Positions 40,113-53,306 of a stretch of DNA of 64,000 bases are shown piece after piece; position 1 is the stretch's first letter, and each line of letters opens with the position of its first letter. A model generated the notes under the pieces. It made no database searches and had not been told where the DNA came from. It saw nothing but the letters and a program-made list of their open reading frames with translations. The stretch is from Callorhinchus milii (Eukaryota), in the NCBI RefSeq assembly GCF_018977255.1, contig NW_024704742.1, positions 109,060,001 to 109,124,000 on the forward strand, written 5' to 3'. Both the position numbers and the translations under genes were made by a program.

Positions 40113-41399
40113 TAATGTTGGTATTGTGAATGAACCTTTCACCCATGGTAATGCAGAAGGGGAGAGATGCAAGAAGTCAACCAGAAGAGCAAAGGACAGG
40201 AGAACAGAGTTAAAGAGATTGAATAAAAAGAGAGTGACAAGGCTACGTAGAGATTTAAATGTCAGGACAACACACCATCATAAATAAAAATATAACAAAT
40301 AACTGTCATCCCACAGGCTGAAGGTATTTACAGACTATTCAAAAGAAGAATGAAATATTGGTGGTGTGTTATGAATCTTTTACCATGAGTGTAAAAGTAG
40401 GGTGTTAGATGCTCATGATCAGGTATGCTACAGAATTCAAAATGTAATCTTCTCATCAACACTTCAACATAAATACAGATTCATTCCCATTCACAATGCC
40501 TTAAATTATATTCAAATTCCCTTGAGCAACTTTTGTAGTCCTTATTCATGCAGAAAGTTATCAACCTCCCTATTAGATCCTTAGCTCACTGACCAGCAAG
40601 CATTTCTTTATCTTATCTGCTGAGCACACATTGCTGGTCAGAAAGCACTTACGTTTTTTTGTTTTCTAATTCTAACTCAGTCTGTAAGTTTCCAATGAGG
40701 AGCATGCTTAATTGTTTTATTATACAAATTGGCTAATGTTTTGATGTTCTTGTTGAATCTTCAGATTTTTTAGCCTTTATAACACTTATTAGCTTTATTT
40801 CAATGATAAGTTCAGCGTCAAGCTAGTTTCAAAACAGTTCTATTTGCTTTCAAAACATATACTTTATATTTTTCTCTCGTCTCACTGCTTGCAACACATA
40901 AGATTTAGTCTTATTCTTTACAATACCTAGACACATAGCAATTTCTTTCCCTCTGTCTTTGCTGCTTTCGTAAATCACTGGGGAATATCACAATGAACAG
41001 CAGCTGACGTTTAGTGTTTAGGCTCCAAGTGATATTTTATCACATATTTAGGCCAAATGTTATACTGGAATTTATTTTACTGGCTGAATACAACAGCTTT
41101 TTTTCAATTTTAGCTTACTTTAGTTTTATCATCGTTTAAAATTTATTGAAAATGTAAATTTCCCTGAAAAGCAACAGGAAACATCTGGACCCTATATTAT
41201 TATTTACCCAGGCTCTGTGGTTCCATTAGTAAGGATTAATAATTAATTATTAATAAATTATTAAGGATCACTTAATGATTTCTGGGGTAATGATCCCTTC
41301 AAAAATAATTAAATAACTCGAATGATAAGATGCTATATCAAATGCAAGGATTATTATTATTATGGATATTATTATTATTCTGTAGACCTTTGCATGTCA

Positions 41400-41997
41400 A
41401 AGCTGTCCTGACTTAATGTCTGTCAGACATCAAGTCCTGGATGAGAGCTAACGTTCTTCAGTTAAACGTCAACAAGACCGAGGCTCTCCTGATTGGCTCC
41501 CGTCAGCGCCTCCTCACCTCAGGAGCTGACAGCATCACCATCCATGGTTGCACACTCCACCTCACTAAGCCAGTCCAGAATTTTGCGGTTTTGTTTGACC
41601 CTCAACTATCCTTTCTACCCCACATCTGTGCCATGACCTGCTCTGCCATCCCCCACCTCCACAACATTGCCCGGCTCCACCACTGTCTCACACCGCAGGC
41701 CGCCGAAACCCTCATACACGCTCGACTATGCAAACTCATTGCTTGTTGGCCTCCCCAACTCCTCCCTCCACGGGCTGCAGATCATCCCGAACTCTGCAGT
41801 CCATGTCCTGTCCAGCACAAGACTCCACGACCCTATCACCCCCATCCTTGCCCAACTTGATTGGCTTCCCATCACACAGAGGTTAGAGTTCAAGATCCTG
41901 GTCCTCACCTTCAAAGCCCCCCATGGTCTTGCTCCCCCCCCCTACCTCTGCAACCTCCTAACCCCCTACCATCCTGTTCACTCCCTCCGCTCAGTAG
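41400..41997 (+). mobile_element. L2 ORF2 fragment
   Basis: [41 protein letters not shown]. Confidence 0.87.
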
Positions 41998-42139
41998 ATC
42001 TTCCTTCAAAATGTAATGGCCTCGGATTAATCTTGAAACCAGAACTAAGGTAAAGAAAACCGTTCAGGGAGACCTTCAGTTTATTTCCAGGCTATGCCTT
42101 TTAGTTTCCAGGCTACCTGATGTCAATATAATAATAATA

Positions 42140-42496
42140 TTATTAAGAATGCTTGCATTTGATATAGTGCTTTATCACATCTTCTAGAAGTCTTAAAGCA
42201 CTTCACAGAATATACTGCAAAGTGAATTGACTATATATTTTGTAGGCAGCCAATTGCTCACAGCAGTGTCAAACAACCAATCGTGGATCAAGTGACCAAA
42301 TTATTTTTTAAAGGGATTATTACCCCCGGAAAAGCAATCCGCCAATCGAGTGACAACTGGGTTCCTACTTCATGCTAGCTAAACAGAGGCGTGTGGAATA
42401 AGGAAACTTGACCAACGTTTCGCCCTTCCCTGGAATCAAACCCAGGTTCTCTCACGTGCGAGGTGAGTGCTCTAACCACAAAGCTACAGGACTCCA
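42140..42496 (-). mobile_element. Long-form tRNA SINE
   Basis: Head, insert, core and tail all recognisable. Confidence 0.82.
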
Positions 42497-44454
42497 CATC
42501 TCTGGACATGTGTCAATACTACCAGAATCCCCAAATATGAGCTTCTAACTGTGAAGAAAAAGAGAATTTGTTTGTAATGAGACCCAACAACTTGAATGTC
42601 TTTGACGCACTGGAGAGGTGTGGTGACATTCCAATTTATTGCTGGGGTGCTGTCCTTCTGAGGTGTATAACCAAGGTCCTGTAAAGGTGGATGTTAAAGA
42701 TCCCATAGCACTATTTAAAATAAGAGGGAATTCTCTCAGTGTTCTGGCCAACAAGCTTCAGATACAATTAGTCATTCACTTTGCATAGTTATTTGTGGGA
42801 CTGTGTGCAAAATTAGCTGCTGAGTTCACTTTGAAAATATTCAGTAACGACACTTTAGAGTAAATTCTGTGAAACATTCGGAGACAGCCATCTGACATGA
42901 AGTATATTAAATGACAAGGATTATTATTATCTGTGCATCAAAAGCATCTTTGTTTTATCCTGCAAGGATTACAGCCTGATCTCAAAGTACATAAAGTTGT
43001 TTACTGCTGAGAACAGGGACATTTAGGCCTTTTACCAGTACAGTAGAACAACATTCACTTAACTTCCAGTCCATCACATTTTGTTTTATGTGAGCAACAC
43101 TATATAAATAATAATGATAAATACATCCAATTATAAGTAATATTTAAATGCAAATGATGTTTTTTATCATTCTGGCAGCAGTTGCTCGATCTGGGAAACA
43201 GCCCAAGTCTGGACATATTGAAAGCTCCCTCTTCTGGTTGTATGATACCTCAGTGGAAGATGAGTTGCAGTTCACTCACTGCTCCATTTGAGGTCAAAAT
43301 GCGGGAAAAGGTAGAGTTCCTCAGGAGTCCATGCAGCAACTCCTCCTGATCCTTGTATATATTTATCATCTGGATTCGCAGACTCAGTGTACAGTTGTTC
43401 AATTTGCAGATAATAATAATCCTTGCATTTGATATAGTGCCTTATTACATCTTTGAGACGTCTGAAAGCGCTTCATAGAATATATTATAAAGTGAATTGA
43501 CTGTATATTTTGTAGGCAAAACGCGGTAGCCAATTGTGCACAGCAGTGTCCCACAAACAGTAATGGATTGAGTGACCAAGATGAGCCGAATGGCCTCCTT
43601 CTGTGCTGTATGATTCTATGATGACACCAAGTGCCTCTCCCAGCTGCTCTGCAGCCACTAACCACAGCAGGATCTCAGCCAATGGCTTAAAGCAAGCATC
43701 AGTGACCTATATTAAAAGACCATTAGAAGGTCCCTGGCAATGAAGGAAATGGAGTAACACAAGGCAGGAAATGGTTGCACCATTGAGGAGGAAGTGAGTT
43801 GCTCTGCAGCTGGCTGTTTAGATGGCTCCAGGCTGCAGTTCTTTGCAAGCTCCATTCCCTGAGCTGCCTTTAAACACAATGTTTTCAACAACCAGTGCTC
43901 AGTGGATTTCACTGAACAAGTATAGCGTGGAGGAGCTTTACAATTTCCTTCTGATTTACTCCCAGCCAGAAGCACATGATGATCAAAGGCACCATACCTG
44001 GAATAAAAATACCCGAGTTCTTTGCGCTGTAAACATAGAGCACCGATCTCACAAAAGACTGGGTGGGTAATAATAATAATAATAATAATAATAATCCTTG
44101 CAGTTGATATAGCTCCTTATTACATTGTTGAGACATCCCAAAATCATTCACATATATATTGTAAAGTGGATTGACTAATAATCATAATATAATGACATTT
44201 TGTTTTCTTGCTCATTTATGGTCTGAAATCTGAGAGAATAGTTATGTACTTTGCAAAATGAAATTGAAACATAAGATGCTATTCACAAGAAATCAATTTT
44301 AAACTTATTGTAACTTATTGGCAACTTTTCACTTGATAGTCATCAGTTTCATCCAAGGACACAAACTGTCTATGTTAAAAGATACACAGTATCCACTCTT
44401 TCATCCCAAGGTTTCCCATAATTTGGGGTGTCCTGTTATATCCAATAGAATTAA

Positions 44455-45082
44455 AATCTGTCACCTTACTGCTGCTCATACGTGCCCTCATTACATTAAG
44501 GCTCGACTAAGCAAGCTCACTGCTTATCGGCCTCCCCAACTCCTCCCTCCGTAGGCTGCAGATCATCCAGAACTCCGCAGCCCGTGTCCTCTCCCACACT
44601 AAGCTCTGCAACCCTATCACTCCCATCCTTGCCCAACTCCACTGGCTTCCCATTACACAGAGGATACAGTTCAAGATCCTGGTCCTCACCTTCAAAGCCC
44701 TCCACGATCTTGCTCCCCCCTACCTCTCCGACCTCCTAAACTCCTACCACCCTGTTTGCTCCCTCCGCTCAGCGGGCTCCAGCCTGCCCTCACGTCCCCC
44801 ACCTTGTTCGCCCCACTATCAGCGGGTGGGCCTTCCGCCACTCTGCACCCACCCTCTAGAACTCCATCCCGCAATCCCTCCATCTCGCCCCCTCCCTCGC
44901 CACCTTCAAGACCCACTTCAAGACCCTCCTCTTCGACCGTGCTTTTGATCTCCCTGCTTCCCCCCTGCCCTCCACCCTCCCTGACCCCGACCCCCAGCTC
45001 GGGTCCATAACTCTGTCTGTCCAGGGTCTTGGGACTTCCTCCCGAAGTGAGAGGCGCTAAACAAATGTAATTTTGTTGTTGC
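44455..45082 (+). mobile_element. L2 3' fragment
   Basis: LQIIQNSAA..LHWLP coding remnant with a GGGAC..GGCGCT tail and TTG repeats. Confidence 0.85.
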
Positions 45083-47419
45083 TTCACATCATGATAGGCC
45101 AGATCAAGTTACAGTTTTCATGGCAGAAACTAAACTGTTAACGATGGTTTTCATCCCGGAAAAACAATGATTTCAAAAAAGAACAGGGTGGGCTGAAAGA
45201 AAGATGAGAAACAGGTGTTAACATTTAAAATATAAAAACAAATTGGAATAGACAGAATAGGGTTAGGAAAGATTAAAAGAAAAGTTGAAATAAAATACAT
45301 AAGAAAACACAGAATTTTCTTTTGGCCATCCACGTGTGTGACACACAGCTAAACCTATCATTATGGTTAAGAGCAGTGGTGGCAAACCTTTATGGTAAGC
45401 CAACAAAATATATGTTGTTGAGTGAATATTTCTTGATTTAGGCCATAATTGATTTAAGAAAAAAATGAAAACACATTAACGATCGAACACGAACTTACCT
45501 AGATTTGTGCAATTGTTTAGGGGGCCACTTCGGAGTTACTTCTGACCTACAGATTGGCCACTATTTAAAGAGGATCTTAACCAAACACATATGTATGCCA
45601 TCTAGACATGGAAATTTCCCTTGTCTGGAACAATGTGATGTACACTGCTTATCTAATTTCAGAAAATATTAGGAACAAGTTGGCAAGAGCCAAGGCTTGG
45701 GAACCACGAAGACCGTTTTCAGATAACCCTAGTGTTTAACCCCTAAGTAAAATTGTGTAAATTGCTGTTGTGAACAGATTGCAAGCTTCCCACTTCTTGT
45801 CCAGAAAGAACCACTTACCCATGTAAATTATATTTTGTAAAGGATTTTTTGAAATACTGTATAAAATTTTACTTAATGTTTCATGTTTTAATGTTACCTG
45901 GAGCTTCTTGTTTAGACATCATAAGATCTGGTTTCTTTGCAGCACTCTTTACGTTGCCACTGCTGTGTGTGCTGGTGGGCTGCCACAAGCATTTAGGAGA
46001 GTTATGAAACCACATTTCCAACCCTTAAACCACTGATGCAAATGCAGATACATTTCAGTCACCAGCGAGGAATGAAATAATCAATTGCTGCTGTAGACTT
46101 AAAAAGGCAGCATTGAAGTATTTGAGGCATAGTTACAGAATGCCAGTCTTTTTAAATAAAGATTGCATGATTGCTATGACTGAATGGAATTGTATGAAGG
46201 AGAAGTGGAAACTCAAGTGTTACTATTTACTTCAAGGGGACAAAGATTTAGTTGTGTGACTTAGAGTGTACTGCACTAGAAGCTAATATACACATGGTTT
46301 ATTAGAGAAGACATACAAAAAAAATTAATAAATTGGTCATTTCAAACCACAACTGTTTGTGGGACACTGCTGTGCGCAATTGGATGCCACGTTTTTCCCC
46401 CCAAAATACAGTCAATTCACTTTAGAGTCAATTCTGTGACGTGCTTTGAGACGTCTAGAAGACGTGAAAAGCACTATATCAAATGCAAGGATTATCATTA
46501 TGTACTGCTCTCCTTCATTCTCAGTTAGCAGTGATCTTTGTTAGTTGCTAGGGTTACAACTGTCCCAGAGGACATGAGGAAAGACATGAATTAGGAAAGG
46601 CCATCTGGCACACTGAGGCTCAGTGCATTAACTCTGCTATCATAGGATCCAGCTGCGTCTTGAATAATCCCAATATTTGTCTCATTGCCTTGGTAGATTA
46701 TTCGAAACATTAATCACACTTTTTTTCTGGGATGATATTTTTCCAGCTATCTGTTATAAATCCCATTTTCACTTATTTCCAGTTACATGCGCGGACATCA
46801 AGACAAGAGCAAGCTCAGGCTCGGATATAACATATTCCATGATTGAATAGCCTGCTGATGCTCAGTTTAGGCTCAAATGTGTGGAATGGCCAGTTGGTGA
46901 AGGTAACAGACAACTATTGGCATCTGTACAACCTTAACTTGAAGTCGTCAATCCCTTTAGGAGAAGAGCCAAAAGGCCAAAGACACAAATTCACTCTGCA
47001 TCAATACTGTCTGTGATGTGCAAGGTTACAAAGGTTTTTCCTGTACGTGCTCAGTTACTGCATCTGCATCATGTGTTTGCACAGCACTAGATAACACTAC
47101 AAATATTTATACCCACAAGGTGCAGTAAAGTCTCACTGAGAAAAGTCAATGTTGGTGGTTTATCTGTAAAGGCATTTTAAGGTGGGAGGTATATCAACAC
47201 AGTCTGCACGCATAAATGTCTGTCTGACACAGTACAACATAAATCATTTTCTAAATGCAAAGTATTATTTCTCAACAGAAAAGGGGAATTGTATTAAAAT
47301 GAAGCTATGTGTCTAAAGTCATGAGTACACACAATGATGAAGACATTGTTAAAGGAATCACCAATATTAGCAAATCCAGCAGATCAGAACCCCAAATCCA
47401 TCAACCACATATTAATATT

Positions 47420-47784
47420 AATAATAATTCTTGCATTTGATAAGAGCACCTTATCATGACTTTGAGGCGTTTCAAAGCGCTTCACAGAATATACTACAAA
47501 GTGAATTGACTATATTTGTGGGCGAAACGCGGCAGCCAATTAAGCACAGCAGTGTCCCACAAGCAGTCGTGGATTAAGTGCTCAAATTATTATTATTATT
47601 ATGTTTATTACCTGTGGAAAAGTGATCAGCCAATCGACTAACAACCAGGTTCCTACTTACTGCTAGGTAAACAGTGGCACGTGGAGTAAAGAAATGTGCC
47701 TAACGTTTCACCCTGCCTGGGAAATCGAACCCAAGTCCTCTCGCTTGTGAAGTGAGTGTTCTAACCAATATGCTACAGGACTCA
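47420..47784 (-). mobile_element. Long-form tRNA SINE
   Basis: Head, insert, core and tail all recognisable. Confidence 0.82.
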
Positions 47785-49662
47785 ATATTCTTCAGAAACT
47801 CTGCAATCTGTGCTTTGATTGCCCTAAATTCCTAACAAACCAGAGACAGCACAAATCATCAGCCTGCTGATAGGAATCTCTTTAGTTATGGAACTCAAGC
47901 TACGCTAAGGTTTGCAAGCATTACAATTTAAAACAGAAGAGTGGCGTGAAACATCCAGATAAAATCTGATCTTTGGACACAACTTTGATACGCCGCTTCC
48001 TGTCAATCACCAGATAAACTTTATAAAAGGTTAATTCACTCCTTAACTACATTAGAGTTACTGGTAATGTTCATGGTTCTGCTGAGTCTTTTTATATGCA
48101 TTTGTTACTAGTAAAATTACTTTAATTTTTATTATTCAATTAACACCCAGGAATAAATCAAGATCATTAACAGAGAAATAACAAAGTATTAAGGCACTAA
48201 ATATATTTTTGAGGACATATAAAAAAGTATCGCTTTAAGAACTGTGTTTTCTGATGTACAGTGTTTGACAATTTTGTGTTGGGAAAACAATGGCCAAAAA
48301 AGTTCGTAATGGATTGGATATTCTCCTTGGTTTACAGGACTGTGGTATCTGTGGTGTGAGAGGCAGCAATATAAAACATGCACAATATTTCAGTTTAATA
48401 CTTTTTCCTAAATCAATAGTTGCGGAAAGGGGTGGCTGGACAGTGAAAGAGTGGTAAGATAAGATCACATCAACAGGATGGCTTGCAATCTGTCAGTATA
48501 TTTATTTACCCACATGGATCAAATGTGTTTTGGTCAGCTGGGTGTCTGACACGTGTAGAAACCCATCACCACACTTAGGAATATCCCAACCAGACTACCA
48601 GTTCCATGCACAAATTGGTCACTCACTCCATAGCGGTTTGTGCGACATTGCTGTCCGCAATTGGCTGCCACGTTTCACCGACAAGATATGACAAATGCAA
48701 GGATTATTATACCGTGGAAATTCCCGTGTTTGAAATGTCCATGTACAAGTGGTATGGATGGAAATTTGTCTGATTTGGATACTCTCAAGCAGTGATGGAT
48801 TTCTGCATGTGTCAGATACCTGGTTGATCAAAAAAACACATTTGCTCGATTGTGGTGTAAATAAATATGCTGACAAATTGCAGAGATGAAAGTCTGACAC
48901 AGTGCAAAAGAGATATGATTTTGCTGTACATAAATCTATTTGGAGTCCTCTACTTGATATTTTCAAAATGGGGTTAAAGAGAGAATCTTATATTAAAAAA
49001 TTCGAATTTAGGCACTTGAAGATAGAACTCTCAAAGTATCAAGCGTTTTTTTAATTTTTTAGTTATGCCTTCAAAATATTTCCAATATTCTCTTTGCACT
49101 TTTGGTATACAACTACACCAGTTGGGTGTAGTTGTATACTACACATTACCTTTCACCCACAAAATACAGTCATTCCATTTCACAATATATCCTATGAAGT
49201 ACTTTGAGATGTCTTGATGACTTGAAAGGCACTGTGTCAAATGCAAGTATTATTACTTCCAAGCACTGTTTGATCTTGAAAACAGCTTTATAATAAATAA
49301 TGTGTTGTATTCTTTGTGTTGGGCATGGGGACAAATATTTCTGGATATGAATTAGTTATTATCCCTATTTTGAAAATATCAAATAAAGGAGTCCAAATAG
49401 ATTTATGTAAAGTGCAATCATATCTCATTATCACAAAATCGGGCTTTCATCTTTTTAGCTCCTTGGCTAACTATAATGGAGCCTTCAACAAAGCAAGTTA
49501 TAGGCCTGTAATTCTCAACGTAACATCTTAATATTATTATTATTAAGACACACACTCTCACTTGAAATGGCAAAGAAACAAATGCATTTTAATCCTTTGC
49601 TGAGGACCTGAACTATAACATAACTATCTTTTTGGACAATAGAAGCAACGGTAAGACTCCTG

Positions 49663-50547
49663 CAGTTCAGCTCAACGTGCGTAAAACTGAGGCCCTCTTG
49701 ATTGGCTCGCGTCAGTGCCTCCGCACCTCAGGCGCTGACAGCATCAGCATCCAAGGCTGCACTCTCCACCTCTCAAAGCCAGTCAGGAACCTCGGCGTTC
49801 TGTTCGACCCTGAGCTGTCCTTTCTTCCTCATATCCGCACCACAACTGGCACCGCCTTCCATCACCTCCGAAACATCACCAGACTATGGCACTACCTCAC
49901 CCCTCACGCTGCTGAAACTCTGGTCCACGCCTTTATCATCTCAAGGCTGGACTATGGGAACTCTCTCCTCGCCGGCCTTCCCGCCACCTCCCTCCACAAG
50001 CTGCAGGTCATTCAGAACTCTGCAGCTCGTGTACTGTCCCGCACCAGGCTTCGCGACCACATCACTCCCACCCTCGCTCACCTCCACTGGCTCCCCATCC
50101 CCCAGAGGATCGAATTCAAGATCCTCATCCTCACCTACAAGGCCATTCACGGCCTTGCTCCCTCCTATCTCTCCGACCTACTATCCCCCTACCTACCTGC
50201 CCGTACCCTCCGTTCCTCTGGCTCCGGTCTGCTCCACATCCCCCTCCCCAACCGCCCTACCATCGGTGGTCGGGCCTTCAGCCTCTCAGCCCCGAGGCTC
50301 TGGAACTCCATCCCCCAGTGCCTTCGCCGACTCCTCCCTTTCCTCCTTCAAGGCCGGTCTCAAGACCTTTCTCTTTGACCGTGCCTTCAGCTCCCCTCTC
50401 GACTCTCTACCCCTCCTCGGTCCCTCCCTTCCCTCCCCTCACCCTGACCATTTCCCCCCTGCTCGGGTCCCGACCCAACTGTCCAGCGCCTTGGGACGTC
50501 CTCCTGACGTGAAAGGCGCTCTATAAATGGAATCTTGTTGTTGTTGT
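49663..50547 (+). mobile_element. Young 5'-truncated L2 (CR1-L2 clade) LINE
   Basis: QLNVRKTEALLIG..LGVLFD..SRLDYGNSLL..LQVIQNSAAR..LHWLP..GGRAFS..PRLWNSIP, followed by a 3' stem-loop and (TTG)n. Confidence 0.93.
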
Positions 50548-50693
50548 GTCCTTTATTCTGTACAAAGATTCTTTTTACAAAAATAAAATAACACTTGCGT
50601 AGGTTTTGGTATACAGCAGTACATGTTGAACTGCACATTAACTTGGACATTCAAATACACATGTTGAGATGTTAAGCTAACATTAACTCTTGG

Positions 50694-50975
50694 CAAAAAC
50701 AGAAGTCGCTGGGAACACTCAGCAGATCAAGAAGCATCTATGGAGAAAGGAAAGTGAGTCAACGTTTTGGGTCTTTGATCCTTCATCAGAACAATCAACA
50801 TAGGTTTAACTTCCTCATCTATGCCGACAGTAACGTGGGTTCTGATGAATGGTCATGGACCTGAATCGTTGACTCACTTTCTTTTCTCCATAGATGCAGC
50901 CTGACCTGCTGAGTGTTCCCAGCGACTTCTGTTCTTGTTTCAGATTTCCAGCATCTGCAGTGTTTTTTGTTTTGA
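50694..50975. mobile_element. Inverted-repeat element resembling chondrichthyan Penelope-like termini
   Basis: Arms 50694-50792 and 50839-50938 are reverse complements, and each carries CTGATGA plus a short hairpin. Confidence 0.6.
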
Positions 50976-52458
50976 TTAATTCTTGGCATTATTGGAATAA
51001 CATGCATTTATGTAACACCTTTCATATGAAGGAATTTTCAACAAGTCTGTAAAAAGTATTGACAAGCAAGAGAGGTAGCAAAAGGCGGAATGGATCAAAG
51101 AAAGTTCCAGAGGACAGTGCTTGGTGGCTGAAGGCTCAGTCACTGGTAAGGTAGAGAGAGTGGGGAGCGAGTAACAGACCTAAATAGGAAGAGTGGAGGA
51201 GGTGGGCAAAGGAATAACACAGGAGAAGTTGGCATACGCAGGAGGGGATGCATTTGAAGACCAGGTCAAGAAACTTAAAATTGATCCGGTGAAATAATGG
51301 AAGTTTAGAGAGAATGGAGGGAATAAGTGTGCAGAGTCTTGTGCGACAATGAACTTGGGCTGCAGAGTTCTGGAGACAGTGATGGTTGAAAGGCAGGTGT
51401 GGAGAGTATTGGGAAAGTAGGAGGAAATCAAGGGTGAGGGATAATGCAGGAGTGGGTGAGGTAGGAATAAATCAGTAATAGTTTGGAGGTGAAAGAGGCG
51501 AGTTGATTGACAGGATGTGAAATTTGAATCCCAGCTCAGTATCAAGCAGCTCAGCAATGGTTCACTGCATTAGTTCATCCTCATTAATGAGATTCAGCTG
51601 CAGAAAATTATGGCTCGTGCAGGACTTGATGTCAGACAGGCATTCAATCATATCAGTCAGATTCCGAGAGCAGAGATGAAGAGTTGGTTACTATCGGCAC
51701 AGATGTGGCAGTTAAACCTATGCCACAGAATTCTCCAGGGGCCAGGAAATAAATGAGAACAGTATGGGGGTTCAATGGTGCTCTTGTACACTAGCAAATG
51801 TGATTACTCACATGACAGAACTCTGAATAATGTACTCTCACCTTTAAATCAGCCCACTGCAATTAAATCCAAGAGCCCTTGAGTCAAGAGGAGTGGGATT
51901 AGGCCAGGGGCTTGGAAATAGAACTTAAAGCTACATTATTAATTGGAGGTGTCTGAATGAAACTGGAATAGCAGTATATACCCTTTCTGTTTACAGTTTG
52001 TATACCAAGTTCTCATATCAGATGTACATTTGTATTAAATGTTATAACTGCAGCTGGTGCTATTGCGCATATCAAGGAGGTAATACTGCACTGAAGAGTA
52101 TTGGAGATGTGGGTGTCTGAGTAAGGGCAAGATCAGGCTTGGCTGTGATACTCCCACTGTCACAGTGCCCGCCAACACACACACACACACACACACTGAA
52201 GAAAGGTCACTTCACAGAGGTATCACGGCATGACAACAATCTAAGCCATACTCCAGCAGGCGAAGAGGAGGGAAACTGGTAAGGGAAAAAGCACATATCT
52301 CTGTAGGAAAAACTAACACCCTACAACATACACACTGCTATCCATTTCCACAAGAAGGAAATGTTTCAGTTACAAATATTGTAAATTAATTATAGGTTCC
52401 ATAAAAAATAGCTTTTTAAATAATCCATTTCACTGGACAAACAGCCAAAATTATTTGT

Positions 52459-52719
52459 TTAAAATGCCGACAACTTTTTGAACTTTTCAGATAAATAATA
52501 ATCTGAATCTCTATGCGTGCTCATATCCAACAGAGTCAAATAAACATGTCCATTTTTAATAGTCACAGTGTGAGTCCTTTGTTTCACTCCTTTGGAGACC
52601 CAAGGAGTGGGTGCGATGGGGTTTTTGGGGTCCACTGATTGATAAAGACCTTTTCCTTCAGACAAAGTGATTTTGTACTTGTGCCATGGGCAGACAATAC
52701 ATGGCTCCCCATTAATATC
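52459..52719 (-). CDS. RFESD: RFESD last coding exon
   Basis: tctctgtttag|[34 protein letters not shown]...KQRTHTVT...[16 protein letters not shown]. Contains the Rieske CPWH motif. Total CDS 154+35+261 = 450 nt (149 aa). Confidence 0.94.
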   Translation of the reverse strand, partial: DINGEPCIVCPWHKYKITLSEGKGLYQSVDPKNPIAPTPWVSKGVKQRTHTVTIKNGHVYLTLLDMSTHRDSDYYLSEKFKKLSAF

Positions 52720-53306
52720 CTAAACAGAGAAAGATAAAGGGCCTAAGGTTCAATACATAAAAAGGCCAACCATTTATCTGGGGTGTAAGAAAATACAGTG
52801 GAGAACAGAGTTTGAGATCATAAAATCTGTGTGCAGTTCCTAACCTAAAAGAAAATATGGCACACATCCAGGTCAGCACAATTTCACTTCCTCTTTTATG
52901 TGCAGCCTCCTCAGCTTCCGCTGCCCCGAGCTCAGACTCCCAGTGAATTGTGTGATGTGCTTTGAAACATCCCCCAAGGTAAAACGTTATATAAATTGCT
53001 GTCAGTCAATATCAACATCAACTACTCCCACTTCAGCTTAACCAGATAGAGTAAAGCTTTCTCTTCTCCAGCTGAAACAGAACAGTGGGTATTTTCCACT
53101 GGATAGTATTTTTACTAACATTTGGGGTATTGCCCTGTGCTAATTTTGTCATTGTCTGTATATTTACCAGCAAACAAATCTCACTTTGTTTTTGAACTAA
53201 ATTCAAAAAGCCTCCAAAACACCTTTTCCTGCTTCCCAAACAAATTGTCCTTCTCACCTGAGTGAACTTGCATAATTGCACCAAATTAGGAGCACTTTGG
53301 AGCTAC

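Noticed and set aside
43170..44070. Possible coding or L1/Tx1 remnant
   Set aside because: No convincing motif or continuous frame, and it is interrupted by a SINE fragment.
49632..50378. 248-aa ORF as a host gene or autonomous LINE
   Set aside because: It is the C-terminal part of a 5'-truncated L2 ORF2, lacking the endonuclease and most of the RT.
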